Source: Eukaryota sp. GEM-RC1
Taxonomy: Eukaryota
Assembly: GCA_040285855.1 (NCBI GenBank)
Contig: JAUFOQ010000005.1
Span: 930,001 to 994,000, forward strand
Direction of reading: 5' to 3'
DNA: 64,000 bases
Shown here piece by piece: positions 1-12,816 of this stretch; the stretch's first letter is position 1; each line of letters starts with the position of its first letter. A program made the translations under genes and the position numbers. The notes below the pieces were generated by a model, which was given only the letters and a program-made list of their open reading frames with translations, was not told the DNA's origin and searched no databases.

Positions 1-3000
1 ATTAGTGGTACTAAAGTCTTTGTAAAGAGTCATGACAGAGTCATTTGCAACAATAATAATCCCTGTACTTTGCACTGGTAAGAGTGAAGTAAGTGAACAA
101 TTAGAAGTTAAATGAATCTGATACTCAATATCAAGTAAACCTTTATCAAAAGATGATGAATCAATAACAAGTTCTGAACCAGGAAAACAAGTAGCAGAAA
201 CAGCAAGTAAATTGAGATGAGTAAGTGAAAAAGTGAGAGAATTATTGAAATACATTTCTTTTTCAATAATTAGATATTCCAAAGGCCAAGTTTTAGAATC
301 TCCATAGAGAAATAGACCCTTCAAAGTAAGGATTTCAGGAGAGAACAAATCGCCATCAAACCAATGAAAGTTACTTACAACGAGAGATGCATTAGTAATA
401 ATAGATGAAGTATTTGTAAGATAAAGAGAATCAACGACAAGTTTAGATTCAGAACCAGACGCGGTATAGTAAAGCTCACTAACATAAAGCTCAATTGATT
501 TTAATTCAGTAGACCAATGATCCAAGTAAATGGTTGATGAAACCAGTGAAATCTTTTGAACTCCAAAGGTATGAGAAGAAATCATCATTTCCAAGTTGAC
601 TAAAGAGAGTTTTCCTTGACCCCATATACGAGCATGATGGTCAAACGTTAATTGATTGATTTCTAAAAATGTTAGAGTCTTGGTAAAAATCTGAACTGCA
701 CGAACTCTTCCTCGAAACCGAATATCAGACCCACCAATCGCTGAAAGAGAAAACTGGGAGGGGACGTCTCTTGCTCGAGCACATTTGTAAGGAGTAGTGG
801 GTTTAACAGAACCCTCATAAGTACTATCAACATAGATATGTGCTTCTATTTGATCAAGTGTAATGACTAAGTTAAACCATTTGTTAAGAGGGAAAAAAAT
901 AACACGAAAAGTGTCACCCCAATGAACTTCGTTTTCTCGTATGATAAACCTACAAGGGGACATACTCCAACCAAAACCCATTCCACCTTCTTCAAAGTAG
1001 ATCCACAAAGAAATTGAAGCACCTCTCCAACCAAACTCTCCAGGAACATTTGGAATATCTAGCCTGTTCCAATTTGTGATTTCTAAATAACCACCAATAC
1101 GATCAGTTTTCCACGTAGGTCCACTGATAGTTATTTTATTGGATTCGTGATTCCCAGAAAGATCAATTTGATTAGATGACGTGACCCAATTATAAAACAG
1201 AAATAAGTCTGGATGTAAGTAAAGACCAGATTCTCCAAATTTAATATTACTATTCATTAGTGCTAACTCACCTTTAGGAAGAATCACAAACATACCAGTT
1301 GTACTAAAGTCTTTGAAAAGAGTCATTACTGAGTCATTTGCAACAGTAATAAAACCAGTACTTTGAACTGGTAATAGTGAAGTAAGAGCACAATTAGAAG
1401 TTAATTGAAGCTGCTTCTTGACTTCAAGTAAACTTTCATCAATAGATGATGAATCAATAATAAGTTCTGAACCAGGATAACAAGTAACAGAAACAGTAAT
1501 TAAACTGAGCTGAGAAATTGAAAAAGTAAGAGAGTTATTGAAATAGAGTTCCGTCTCGATTTCCAGAGAGTTTTGAGGCCAAATTTTAGCATCTTCATAA
1601 AGAAATAGTCCTTTAAACTCCAGGACATCCAAAAACGATAACTTTCCATGGATCCAATGAAGTTGATTTAAATTTAAGATAATTGAACTATCAACTCTAA
1701 AGTTTGAGCTCCAAACAAACAAAGCATGAATAGACAGTCTCTCAGTAGATGAAGGGACTTTAAAGACAGTGTTACTAAGAGTGAGATTGTACAACTTTAA
1801 TTCAATAGCTGAGTGGACAAGAGTTGAGTTGTCTAAATGGATATGAGAATGGTTCAAGTAAGAAGATTGTACATTTTTGAGATTGACTTCAGATTCATTG
1901 AAGGCATATATACCCTGATCAAAAAAGAAAGTATATCCATTCAAGTAGAGAACTGAAGACTGAAGTATCAACTTAGAGAAACTTAACGAGGAGCAACCAG
2001 ACAAAGTAAGTTCAGAGTTCAACAATTCAATAGAACCAAGTCCAGTAACTAATTGGGGTAATCCGAATTCAGATGTTATTTCGGATCCTGGAAGTCCTCG
2101 AGTAAGGATATAAACTTTTTTAATTCTACCTTGAAATACGGTTGTAAGAAAATCACGACGTTCCCATTGTTCATCTGAAGAAGAATATAAATAATCATTT
2201 CCTAACGGAAAGAAGTCTGATGGGGTATCACAATTGTACTGAGAATTGATTATACCCACTAATACTCCGTTAATGTAGAATCTTGCTTGATTCTTAGAAG
2301 TAGACATTACCAAGTTAATCCATTGGTTTCTAGGCATACTGAGGGGAGAACCAGAACAGCCATAGTTCAACCAGTCACCCAGTCGAGTGTGACATCCACA
2401 AGATGTAAGACCAAACGAACTAAAATCGGAATCAAACCATATTAACAATGAAATTGTAGCTGATTCCCATCCAAATTTACCTGGAACGTTTGGAATATTA
2501 AGAGTGTCGGTAATATTTTTGAATTGGTAATAACCATCAGTATGCCATTTAGCACCAGAAAGTTCTAAAACATTATTGTTATTTCCAGAAAGATCATTTT
2601 CAGAAGGACCCTTTGACCAATCGTAATAAAGAAACAGTGGAAGTTGTCCTTCAATTGTAGAAGGGTTTGACAGTCGGATTTTAGAATTGTGATCAATCTC
2701 AAGAGTTGATTTGAAGAGTGATTCTACAAAAAGAGTCAAAGACGTATTAACCAACTTAAAATTTCCCATAAAAGTTAAAGTTACATCCAATGCAGAGAAA
2801 AAAGATATATGTGGTATTTCAAATATTCCGGTAATAGAAATAACTAAATCACAGCTGTGATTTAATTCAACATTTAATTTTGAAGTCATCATTTTACCAA
2901 TGGAAATTCTACTTAAGTTAAGTTCAGGATTAGAAGAACAAAACAGCAATGTGTTTACTTTCAATTCTGCAACACCTTCTATTAATCCACAATACCAATA

Positions 3001-4831
3001 CAAAGTTTCAACAAAAACATCAGATTCCAAATAAAGAGTTGAACATTCAGATTCTCCTAAAATAAGTGAATTAAAACGAGTTTCTAATGGTGAGTTAACC
3101 GACAAAAAACCATTTGAATTAAAATTAGATAGAAAAAAGAAAGAATCACTGGTCAGCCTTAATGATCCAAAAAGAAAAACTGGAAGAGAAATTTGATTCA
3201 AATTTAGAAGTCCATTATCGTTGAGACAGCCAGAAATTAAATTGTCGCCTTTTATGGTTAGATGACCTTTGTTTGATGACGTCATTGAGTTCAGAGTTGG
3301 AAAAGGGACTGAAATATAGGCAAAATTGGACCCGTCATTCACAATAACACCAGTAATTCCCTTGCCCTCCAAGTCAGTAATACGTCCTGGAGTTCTTGCA
3401 TCAATAAAACTGGAAACACCCCTACCTAGATGAAACCCGCTACGATCACCCCAGGACCACACGTCATTATTAACGTCAACAGCAATAGAATGAGACATTC
3501 CAGCAGCTGCAGTTATAACTTTTCCTATTTCAATTACTGCAACAGGAGTTTCACGGCTGGAAGTACCACCAGTACCTAATTGGCCCCTATGGCCGGAACC
3601 CCAACTCCAAAGTTTTTGATTAAAATCAAAACCAACAACGTGATGACCCGCAGTGTCAATAAAAGTAAACTTGAAAGCAGGGGCAAATTGAGTTGGAGTT
3701 GAATATGTTCCAAATCCACCTAATTTTGGTCCACATGTTAGAGTAGAATCATCTTCTTTGATAAAAAAAGAGGCAAATCCAGCAGCAACAAATTTAATAT
3801 TTTGTAAAGATTCGATTAACATGGGTGAAAGAACGTCAGCAGTACTTGGAATGCATAAAATATTATCCCAAGCCCTGCCCCATCCAAAAACTTTACCATC
3901 CTTAGTTAAAGCAAAGGTTGTATGTAACCTACCAGCGATCTGTTTAACATTATTTAAATTTGAGATTAAATTAGGAGTATTTCCATCAATTCTAGTTCCT
4001 AATCCTAACTGACCTTGATTATTAACCCCCAAGAGTAAACTAAGCCGGAACTACTCAGAGCGTGACTGAAATCAAAAGAAGCAAGAACCTGAATAATATG
4101 AGATATTTCAATTTTCTCATGAATACTCCAACCATTAACAACAACCTCTAGTTGAACGTAATTCATACGTCCAGCAGTGTAAACGTCACCATTTGTCATC
4201 AAAACCAGAGAATGATAGCTTCCAGCAGAAACTTGTTTAATAGGCCCATCAACATTGATCAGTACAGGGAATTGTTGTCGATCAGACAGTTTTTCTCCAA
4301 GTTGTCCATAATCATTCCGCCCCCAACCATGAAGAACATCAGAACTGATTGGAGATTGATCATCATTGGAAGAAGTGTAAGTAACATTGACTAGACCAAC
4401 TTCACTGAACCCGTCTAGATCTATTGAACCACGTTTCCAGTCAAAGAGCCTGGTGACAACGAGTTTATGGGAAAATAAAGAGGCATGATCAGCATCCAAG
4501 AGTAGAGAATCAACAGAAGTATAAGAGATAGGGTAAGAAGGGTCAGTTCTCAAGCTACCACCATTAATGACAAGAATGTCAGAGACTGTGAGTGAGGCGT
4601 TACATTGGAAGAAAAGAACGATGTTCGATGAGATCGTAAGAGATGATATCATGACATCCGCCTTGATTGATACTGTAACAGGATCAGATTGAGTAGAGAT
4701 GACCACAGAGGAATGTGCAGAAGGAACAGTAGAAGGGGTCCAATTGCTAGCATCGGTCCAAAGTCCATCCGTTGGAGAACTCCATTGATGGAGCGAACCT
4801 AGAACACAAGAACAGAGTAGAAGAAGCTCAT
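1..4831 (-). CDS. Giant secreted/surface protein: signal peptide, Ser/Leu-rich beta-repeat segments, RCC1 repeats, two LamG/concanavalin-like modules; runs off the window start
   Basis: ORF 4005..4859 has RCC1 motifs (HGWGRNDYGQLG, VSAGSYHSLVL). It continues in another frame after a missing G at ~4026 (WGVNNQGQLG...LWSWGSGHRGQLG). LamG-like stretches: NQWINLVVMSTSKNQARFYINGVLVG (~2260-2330) and NKWFNLVITLDQIEAHIYVD (~830-890). ATG at 4831 gives MKLLLLCSCVLG if one A is restored. The DNA at 8 is repeated at 1301 (period 1293 nt). Confidence 0.75.
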
Positions 4832-4925
4832 TGAATATATAAAAAAGCTGTGTTGTCACTTTTTCAAGAAATGAAATGCGTCAAAATGCGTGCATTTCTG
4901 CGCATTTTGATTTTGAACTTGAGAC

Positions 4926-5594
4926 CAGCAACGACAAACAATATATTGTATTGTATTGTGTTTTTGCAACAATATATTTATTGTTCGAGTCCACAATAAA
5001 CAATATATTGTACAATAACACAATACAATATTTGTCATTTTGTGCAACTATAAGAAGAATCACATATCTCACAAATTCACTGTTTTTCCCAATAAAACCA
5101 AACTATTGGAAGATGTGTAACCCCCAATTGTCTATCAGGAATGCTCGACCCAAATTTCTGATGGCATGTCTTTTGAGCAACAAAGGAAATTAAGAGAGCT
5201 CTGACTCTTAGCAACCAGACAGTACAAATGATCTATTGTCCACACCCTCATCCAGTTAAGACATTCACAACTTTTTCAGTAGAGTATAAAACACTCTCAC
5301 TGATCGTCCGAACCGAATTTAATGTCGCAAAATCAATTGTGCATTTACAAGTACCAGAAATCAGCATACAGTGTCCTTTGTTAGGACTCGGGAAGCAGAA
5401 AGTGAAGTTGTACGTGTAAAAAGCAATTATTCAGATTGATGATGGCTTTCAATAAAGCAGAAATATTGAATTGTTATTTATTGTTTTTGTGCACAGTATA
5501 CTTACAATACAATACAATATTTGATTGGACAATATATTTTTTGTTCGATCAAACAATAAACAATACAATAAATATATAATTTTTGTCGTTGCTG
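4926..5594. mobile_element. Non-autonomous hAT-type element (MITE), 669 bp
   Basis: 13-bp perfect TIR CAGCAACGACAAA; perfect 8-bp TSD CTTGAGAC at 4918-4925 and 5595-5602; ACAATA subterminal repeats. Confidence 0.9.
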
Positions 5595-5602
5595 CTTGAG
5601 AC

Positions 5603-8600
5603 ACCCCGTAGACTTTGGGATTGATGATTCACAGAGTAATTCTGTAAACGCAGTATCCACTCATCTAACTTCAGCCCCATCTATTTCCAAACTTTCCAAC
5701 AAAAACGACTTCCGAAAAATCAATATTACGATTAATGGAGTACCTGCCACAGGTACCATTGATACAGCCGCTAAGACTTCTTGTATTACCCAAGATATCG
5801 CCTCAGCCGCCAACATGGATATTTCTGAAAAACAAATTCCCATTTACCTTGCTAATCAGTCCATGATTCATTCTCCTGGACTTGCTTGTGGTTACGTCAC
5901 CTTTCTCTTTGAAGGCCCAGCCAAGAAGGTCCACCTGAAGTCAACTTTACCTATTCTACCAGGCCAAAACCAGCTTTTAATCGGTTGTGACATTCTGACC
6001 AAACTGGGTCTGATGAATGCCAATGGTGTCTATATTAAACTCGATGAAAAACATCGAAGATTTATCTCTGCTGAAACTGCCTTTGACCAGTTCATGACTG
6101 CTCCCCCTGAAGTGTTTGCTACTAATCCTAATTCTTCAATTTCCTCATTTAAACAACAACTCGAACAGAAGAAAACCAGAATTGAACTTCCCCCCGTTGA
6201 GAAAGAAGCTTTAATTGACCTCCTCGCTGAATTCAGTGACGTCTTCAGTGACCTGCCGCATCCCGATGGAATTGACTGCGAGCCTATGAGAATTCCCTTT
6301 GCCGATGAATCCCGAATCGTGAGCCGTCCGCCAAGGAACCTTAGCCCAGAGAAGCTAGAAATTGCCAACAAAGAATTCGATGACCTCCTTAAGAAGAACT
6401 TTGCCGTTCCAAACGAAACCAAGTGGTCCTCGCCTATCTGCTTGGTGACCTACGCTGACAAAGCCCCTAGATTAACCGGTGATTTTAGTGGCAAGAATGG
6501 GATCAACGACCTCTCACTCACCCTGGAAGCCGATTTACCAAAAATCGCTGATATCCTGCCCATCCTGTCTAAGGCTAAATACATTGCTACCCTCGACTTA
6601 CCAAAGGCCTTTTGGCAAGTCAAACTTCACCAGATGACGTGAAGAAAGCTTCACTATCCATACCTGGACGATCTATTTCTTTTACCCGTGCTGCTTTTGG
6701 ACTGAAAAATGTTCCAGCATTCTTTCAAAATTTAATGGTCTCGTTCTTCGCTGATGAAGACATTTTCATTTGTATTGACGATATAATCGTATGTTCTGAA
6801 GACTTCTCAAATCTACTTTCTAAACTCAGAAAAATTCTTTTGAAAGCTCGTGACAAACGAGTTAGATTTGGCCTCCGTAAATGCGCTTTTATCACCTTCA
6901 AGAGTAAAATTGAGATTTTAGGATGCATTTTTCAAAACTTTCAACGATCGATCAGCCCAGATCGAATCAAAGCTATCTGATCACTCCCGCGACCAAAGAC
7001 TTTATCAGAAGTTCGAAGTTTCGTCGGATCGATTAACTTCATTAGAGACTGGATTCCCAACCTTGCTTCTGTTCTGGAACCAATCTCCAACCTGTTGAGG
7101 AAAACAAACAAAATAATCTGGACCGCCGAAACCGAAACGTGCTGCAAAGAAATCTTAAAACTAATTTCCAGTAACATTCCCTTGAACCTGCCTGACGCTA
7201 AAGCTACCATCTTGATTTCCACCGATCCCTCCGAAGTAGGCCTTTCCGGTATTATTTGGGAACAAATCGAAGACTGCCCGGCTGGAACCCCCCTTATTGA
7301 AAGGAAGACCAGACCTCTGTGCTTTTACAGCAAAAAGTTTACAGACAGCCAGAAGAACTGGCCCACCATCCAGAAAGAATTATATGCAATTCTCGCCACC
7401 CTAACCCTTTCCCCCTTATCTTCTTTCATTTTAACCAAACGGTTCACTCTATTTTGTGACCACAAAAACTTATCTTATCTAATTTCAGCTCCTGAGAAGA
7501 ACAGAATTGTTACCCGCTGGATTTCCATCTTAGCAAATTTTGAATTCGAATTAGTTCACACCGCCGGTGAAGACAACCACTTCGCTGACTTACTCTCTCG
7601 CTGTTTCCCTGAACCTTCCGCCGTTAATTCTAGCGTTCTGATGTGTTCGACTACGGTGCCGGTCGCAGTCGAGGGGGAGACACATGATGGTGGAGGATAG
7701 TAGGCTATCCTCCCCACAGACTGCTCATCAACCCTCGGGACCTGTTTCAAACAGGGCTTCTGGAGCAACGTTCCAAACGTCGACGCAGATGATGCGACAA
7801 TTTGACAAAGATTGTGATGGACTCAGCCGAGAGGAACAAGTGCAGCTTTTCTGGGATAGAAAAGACGCCTTTATGGAAGCTCATGAACAACAACAGAAAT
7901 ACATAGACGCCCTAGAAGCCAAAATCAAAGAATCTGCTGACGAACAACTCCGCCTGCAACTAGAAAGAGACGCTGCTGTGGCCCTAGTTGAAGACGAAAG
8001 AGAAGACCAGGATCACTACCTAAGAGGAAATGGTCTCTACATTGACGATGATGGACACATGTGTCAATTGCCCTCTACCGACTCAGATGATGAATTTCGT
8101 ATCTATATGACTGACGTACCAGATCATATAGATCTCAGTAGCTCTGATGAGTCTCCCATCGTCATCGTAGATGATGAGCATTCCCAATGCTTGAAGACCT
8201 GCCATCGATCGAAGCGATCGGTGCTAGCTACCGACTTTTTCCTCACTTGATCCATGACACCGCCAAATTCCTAAAAATCACGAACTCCGCATCTACCTCT
8301 GCCATAATTTCAGTCTCTTCAGAAGACGAAGACGACCTATACGAGCAATTTCTCGGAGAATCACCCAAAGACACACGCCTCTTTGACAACCTGGGCAACC
8401 AACTACCTGGCCCCTGGAACCCCCCAATTAATATTAATATTAAGCCTAGAACCGACATTCCCCTAGCTCCGCCAAACTTCGACCATGTAGGTATCCACGA
8501 CAACGCTGGATACTACAGCCCTTGTACTGACTCCGCTCACCCCGACGAAGGCCCCTTCGACATCATGATTGCCACCCTTGATGACTCCCGAGCTATTGAA

Positions 8601-10300
8601 CCGGAAATCGACGAGGACAACCTGTTCGCCGAACGGTTAACTATTGACCCCTTGTCCCACAACCCCCTAGTAGCTCCGACAGCGATCTCCCCGAAGAGAC
8701 CTATTGGACGCAGATCCCCGACCCCAGCCATGTGTTCAACGACTGGTTGAAACGACTATCCCAAGAACAAGAACAGGCAACTAAAGATAACGACATCACC
8801 ATGACCACCGACACAGAGCTTATCTCCATGACCGCCAATGATAAAGATTATGTGCTCACTTGGAACCATAGGAAGAAGAAGTTTGTAATCCCCGACTCCT
8901 TGAAACGACACTTGCTTCTAACTATACATGGACCCATCCAAGAAAGACTCCGTCTCTGCTTTAATGAGAAGTGACTACTGGTGGCCTAACTACCTCTACG
9001 ATATGAAGTCCCACGTAAAGAATTGTATCCCATGCCAAAAGACCGCTCCTGCCCCGGAACTGAAGCTTCCTTCCTCTGGAAACCTATGGTCAGACCGCCC
9101 TTGCCAATGCTTACATGCCGACGTGATTGGCCCGCTTTCCCCAGATTCAGAAGATTACAAATACATCTTAGTATTTGTGTGCTCTTTTCCAGGTTCTCCA
9201 TTCTTGTACCCCTGAAAATACTCAACGCCCAGGAAGTAGCTTACTCCATTCTCTGGAATGTAGTCGGAAACTACGGGATCCCTTCACAAATCCTGAGTGA
9301 CAACGGCCCAGAATTCGCTAACGCCGTCAACAAAAGCTTATGTTTATTTCTTAACATTGAAAAAAAATTCTCGACTCCCTACTTCCATCAATCAAATGGT
9401 CTAGTAGAAAGAAGACACCGCGAAGTACTGCAAACCCTTCGCCGACTGCTGATTGATTTCCAAGCTCACTCAAACTGGAGCACATACATACCCATCACCC
9501 AACTGATTCTGAACACCAGAACCAGTTCGATAACCAATTTCACCCCCTTCGAGCTCATCTTCGGGTCCAAAACCGACCCCAGACAACTACCCCTCCAAGT
9601 AATCCAGAACTGCACCCTGGACGATCACTTACCGTAGAATTCGTACGTTGATGCCTTGAAACAGAAAACATCTACGATCTTAAACAAGTGGAAAGAGGCA
9701 GAAAACTCCTCCAACCTCAAGAAAAGATCACTTTCTTCCAGGAACTCTGCCACCAACAAGAAACTCATTGACGATATCCAACAAGAAGACTTCGTCTTAA
9801 AACTCAGTGAACACCCATCCAAGACTCATGGAAAGTGGACTGGCCCCTACCTAGTCGAGGATGTTTCTTATCATTCCTCAAATTGCCTAATCCGTAATCT
9901 AATCACAGGAATCACGGTAAGGTGCTCTCTTTACCACGTTAAGAAATGCCATACGAACCACTCCGAGAACGTACTACAAGCCTATGCTGCGACTGATTTA
10001 GAAGCAGTTGTTATTGATAAACTCATCGATCACGACCTGACCTCCCCGCAAGACCCTAAGTACCTAGTCCGCTGGCTAGATGGTACTACTACCTGGGAAG
10101 GTCGCTCAGTAGAGAATACCGCCGCCAACTATGCTTACCGCAGGAAGTACATTGATGAACCTCCTCAAGCTAGAGGTCCCGCAACTGCCCGTGCTAACTC
10201 TAAACTAGACGCTGCTTGGAAAGCTCAACACCACAAGTCCGCCCCTGTTGTAGCTCGAAATCAGCATCGTATGAAAACAAGAAATCGTACATCTCACTAG
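5603..10300 (+). pseudogene. Disrupted gypsy pol polyprotein
   Basis: Spread over ORFs 5596, 6612, 7095, 7684, 8187, 8732, 8928, 9023 and 9656, with several frameshifts and an in-frame TGA at 6978-6980. Confidence 0.88.
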
Positions 10301-10341
10301 TTTATTTTTAATATGAATTACCCAATAAGAAGAAAAGGCAG

Positions 10342-10575
10342 TGTTGTAGTTGTAGATTTGTGTAATTTCATATTAGGTTTTTATCTTCCCCCTTACATCT
10401 ATAGAGGTTCTTCTCCTTATAAAGGTTCTCCTCTACAAGTATGTACCATTTTAGTGCACAAAGACCAACAACTTCACATTGTGATATTAAAAGAATGTTC
10501 ATTGAATTGTATACGATACAACTTTGCATTTGTCCAACGAAAGAGGTGCTGCAAAACACTGTTTTGAGATCAACA
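10342..10575 (+). repeat. 3' LTR (~234 bp) preceded by a polypurine tract
   Basis: PPT AAGAAGAAAAGGCAG (10327-10341) directly followed by TGTTG; ends in CAACA at 10575 (5-bp inverted termini, TG...CA). Confidence 0.7.
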
Positions 10576-10773
10576 TCACTGTTATTGTATATAGAGACTT
10601 ATAGAGGAAAAAAAATTGAAAAAAATCTCAAAGTCAAAATGCGCAAGATCACAAGATTCAAAATGCGTAAAAGGCGTCAAAATGCGATAAAATTGATAAC
10701 ACTGTAAAGATGGATCTATCAAATCAAATTTGGGAAAACCGCATAAAACAAAACTTGTCAACTACAGTCTTCC

Positions 10774-10813
10774 CTCGGTTTAGTGCCACTGTTTGTACCG
10801 GCACTAAACCGAG
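10774..10813. repeat. Perfect 14-bp-stem hairpin, possibly a Tc1/mariner(pogo)-type TIR remnant
   Basis: CTCGGTTTAGTGCC-12 nt-GGCACTAAACCGAG, preceded by TA-CAGTCTTCC. Confidence 0.5.
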
Positions 10814-11099
10814 ATCGGAGTAATCCCAAATGTTTGATACGTACCGATATACTCTATCCGTACCTACTAATATGTTAGTTGATATGATATAAAGTCATGA
10901 TCGTACAATGTAATTCAAGTGTAAAAATACTATGTCCAGAGCTGATGTCCATGAAATCGTCCAAGTCAATATGTTCAGAACTTTCAGTAACTTCTTCAAG
11001 TCGTTGAAAATCCAATGTATATAGTTTTTGAACCCTGATAAGTGATGTAAACTTAGCAGCATTATATACTAGTATCATAAGTATTTTGGTTTAAACTGA

Positions 11100-11590
11100 A
11101 ACATTCAAAAATGTTTCGTTATAGGAAAAGAACCAAATCTACTAACAATTCGTTCAATTGAAGTTCCTTTCATTAATTATTCTGGTTCAAGATTCAGATT
11201 TCTTAGTTGTTTCTTTGGTAAAAAGGAGAATATTGTCAAAAATTTTAATGATTACTTGATTTCGATTCATCAAGAGTTGGAAAAGATTAAAGTTCTTGAA
11301 ATTCAAAAACAGTTAAAATTCCTTAGGCTCAAAATTTGTTATTCCATTACTTTGTTACTCATTCTTTACGGTCCCTTGCTCCTGAGTTATCGCATGATTT
11401 CTGTAAAGCTTTTAACAAAACTCGCACACACTGTCTCTCATTCCTTCTTCAAGTCAATCCCAACATTTTAAATGACCACACATTTTCCAGTCAATATCTT
11501 GGAGGTTTGGGAATTACATCTTCTAAATGGTGGACTAAAGCAGCTTTCATTGGTGGTGGAAAGAATTTTGTATTCAAGTTTTGTAATCGA
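11100..11590 (+). mobile_element. Fragment of an RLE-type non-LTR retrotransposon (RT thumb region)
   Basis: YLGGLGITSSKWWTKAAFIGGGKNF motif, homologous to HFGGIGFTKTSILCKSAF on the minus strand at ~50400-50460. Boundaries approximate. Confidence 0.6.
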
Positions 11591-12816
11591 TATTCAATGT
11601 GCCCAAATCTTTGGTACGTACTCTACGTACGGTACGGATTGGTACGCACCGATTATTTTTCACCGATGTCATTTGCTTTTATACAAAGCCTATTTATGAA
11701 TAATCTAAATGGATTTACAAATACTATTTTTTGGGTGGAGGTTTATTCACTAGTACAACACAGTAGCGCAAATTGCTACAGCATCTTCTGATCTTTTACA
11801 AATCCAATCTGTGGGTTTTTGAGCCCTTTATCATTGTTATATAACGTCGTAGTCACTCGTTAAATGTTCGAAGACGCTACTACTATTCTTGATTTCGAGT
11901 GATTGCTGAGCTTCGTACGTAAAAATGTCATTCTGGGGAAGTTGTGGTCAGCAAATGACGTACCCTAAATCAGTTTTGTACAATAAAGATCTGAATTCAT
12001 CATTTATGGGTAAGACATCTGCTACCAGAACTCGTACACTTGTAATGGCAAGGATGACACACCATATTATATTTAATGAAACGTGTCCATGTTCACCATA
12101 ACACTGTGACCAACACATCAAAGTTTCCATCGACAAATAGATCTCTAACTAGATTCCATTGGGATATTAACTCGATCAGTCTGCTATTACTTGTAGTTTA
12201 CTAAGTGTGAAATTCTTTATAAAAACGGGTTTTATGATCAATACAGTGAAATAATATATTTTCCAAAAAAAATACTAACGAAAAGACACTTACATGTATC
12301 TGAAATATGATCCCACCAATAACTTACCAAAAATCCATTCAATATATCTAGACATGTAACAAATCAATGTATACATTAAGCCAAACAAAATATTTAGAAC
12401 TTTACCGTACTCAGAACACAATTTACCAAAAGAAGTTAAAAAACTGTATATGCAGCTGGTGCAACTTTGATATTGTCCTTATTGTACAAAACAAAGATGA
12501 TTTCAATAGCAGACGTACAAAGAGCGAATGTCAATCCCTTGAGTTTTTCAGAAACTGTGTTTAATTAGAATTAGAAGAGTGCAAGAGTGTCAAATAAGAA
12601 GACAAACATATTCAATAAGACAAATGGCTCCAATTGGTTGGTCTGTAGAAAAAAGCGATCCACGAGCTGAAGAACCGAAAGATTATCAGAAACATGTGAC
12701 GAATAACAGGGAAGAAGACCTGAAACTTATTGATCAACTATAAGCAAACCAAATTAAAAAAGAGTATCTCACATTGACAGCAGTACACATTTCTACAGGA
12801 CAATCCACCATACATT

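Larger units (their letters stand above)
5603..10575 (+). mobile_element. 5'-truncated, decayed Ty3/gypsy LTR retrotransposon with chromodomain (chromovirus-like)
   Basis: Domain order protease (IDTAA), RT (LDLPKAFWQV, FGLKNVPAFFQ, CIDDII), RNase H (TDPS, QKELYAI, CDHKNL, ADLLSR), integrase (YWWPN, CIPCQK, HADVIGP, SDNGPEF, SNGLVER), GPY motif, chromodomain (YLVRWLDGTTTWE), then PPT and 3' LTR. gag and 5' LTR are absent. Confidence 0.92.
4848..10704. mobile_element. Ends of an outer non-autonomous TIR (hAT-like) element enclosing the gypsy remnant
   Basis: Left end CTGTGTTGTCA (4848) matches the reverse complement of the right end, CAGTGTTATCA (10704). Both ends carry AAAATGCG subterminal repeats in inverted arrangement. 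Flanks TAAAAAAG/TAAAGATG match 6/8. Confidence 0.55.

Noticed and set aside
4856..5193. Short ORFs over MITE ends (also 58920-59105, 59787-60023, 50858-51124)
   Set aside because: They are translations of subterminal repeats of non-autonomous transposons.
6975..6985. In-frame TGA in gypsy pol suggesting stop-codon reassignment or readthrough
   Set aside because: The element is decayed, and TAA, TAG and TGA all terminate host genes in this window.
11595..11693. Short repeat matching 38762-38835 in reverse complement
   Set aside because: Probably another MITE end, but no paired TIR or TSD could be defined.
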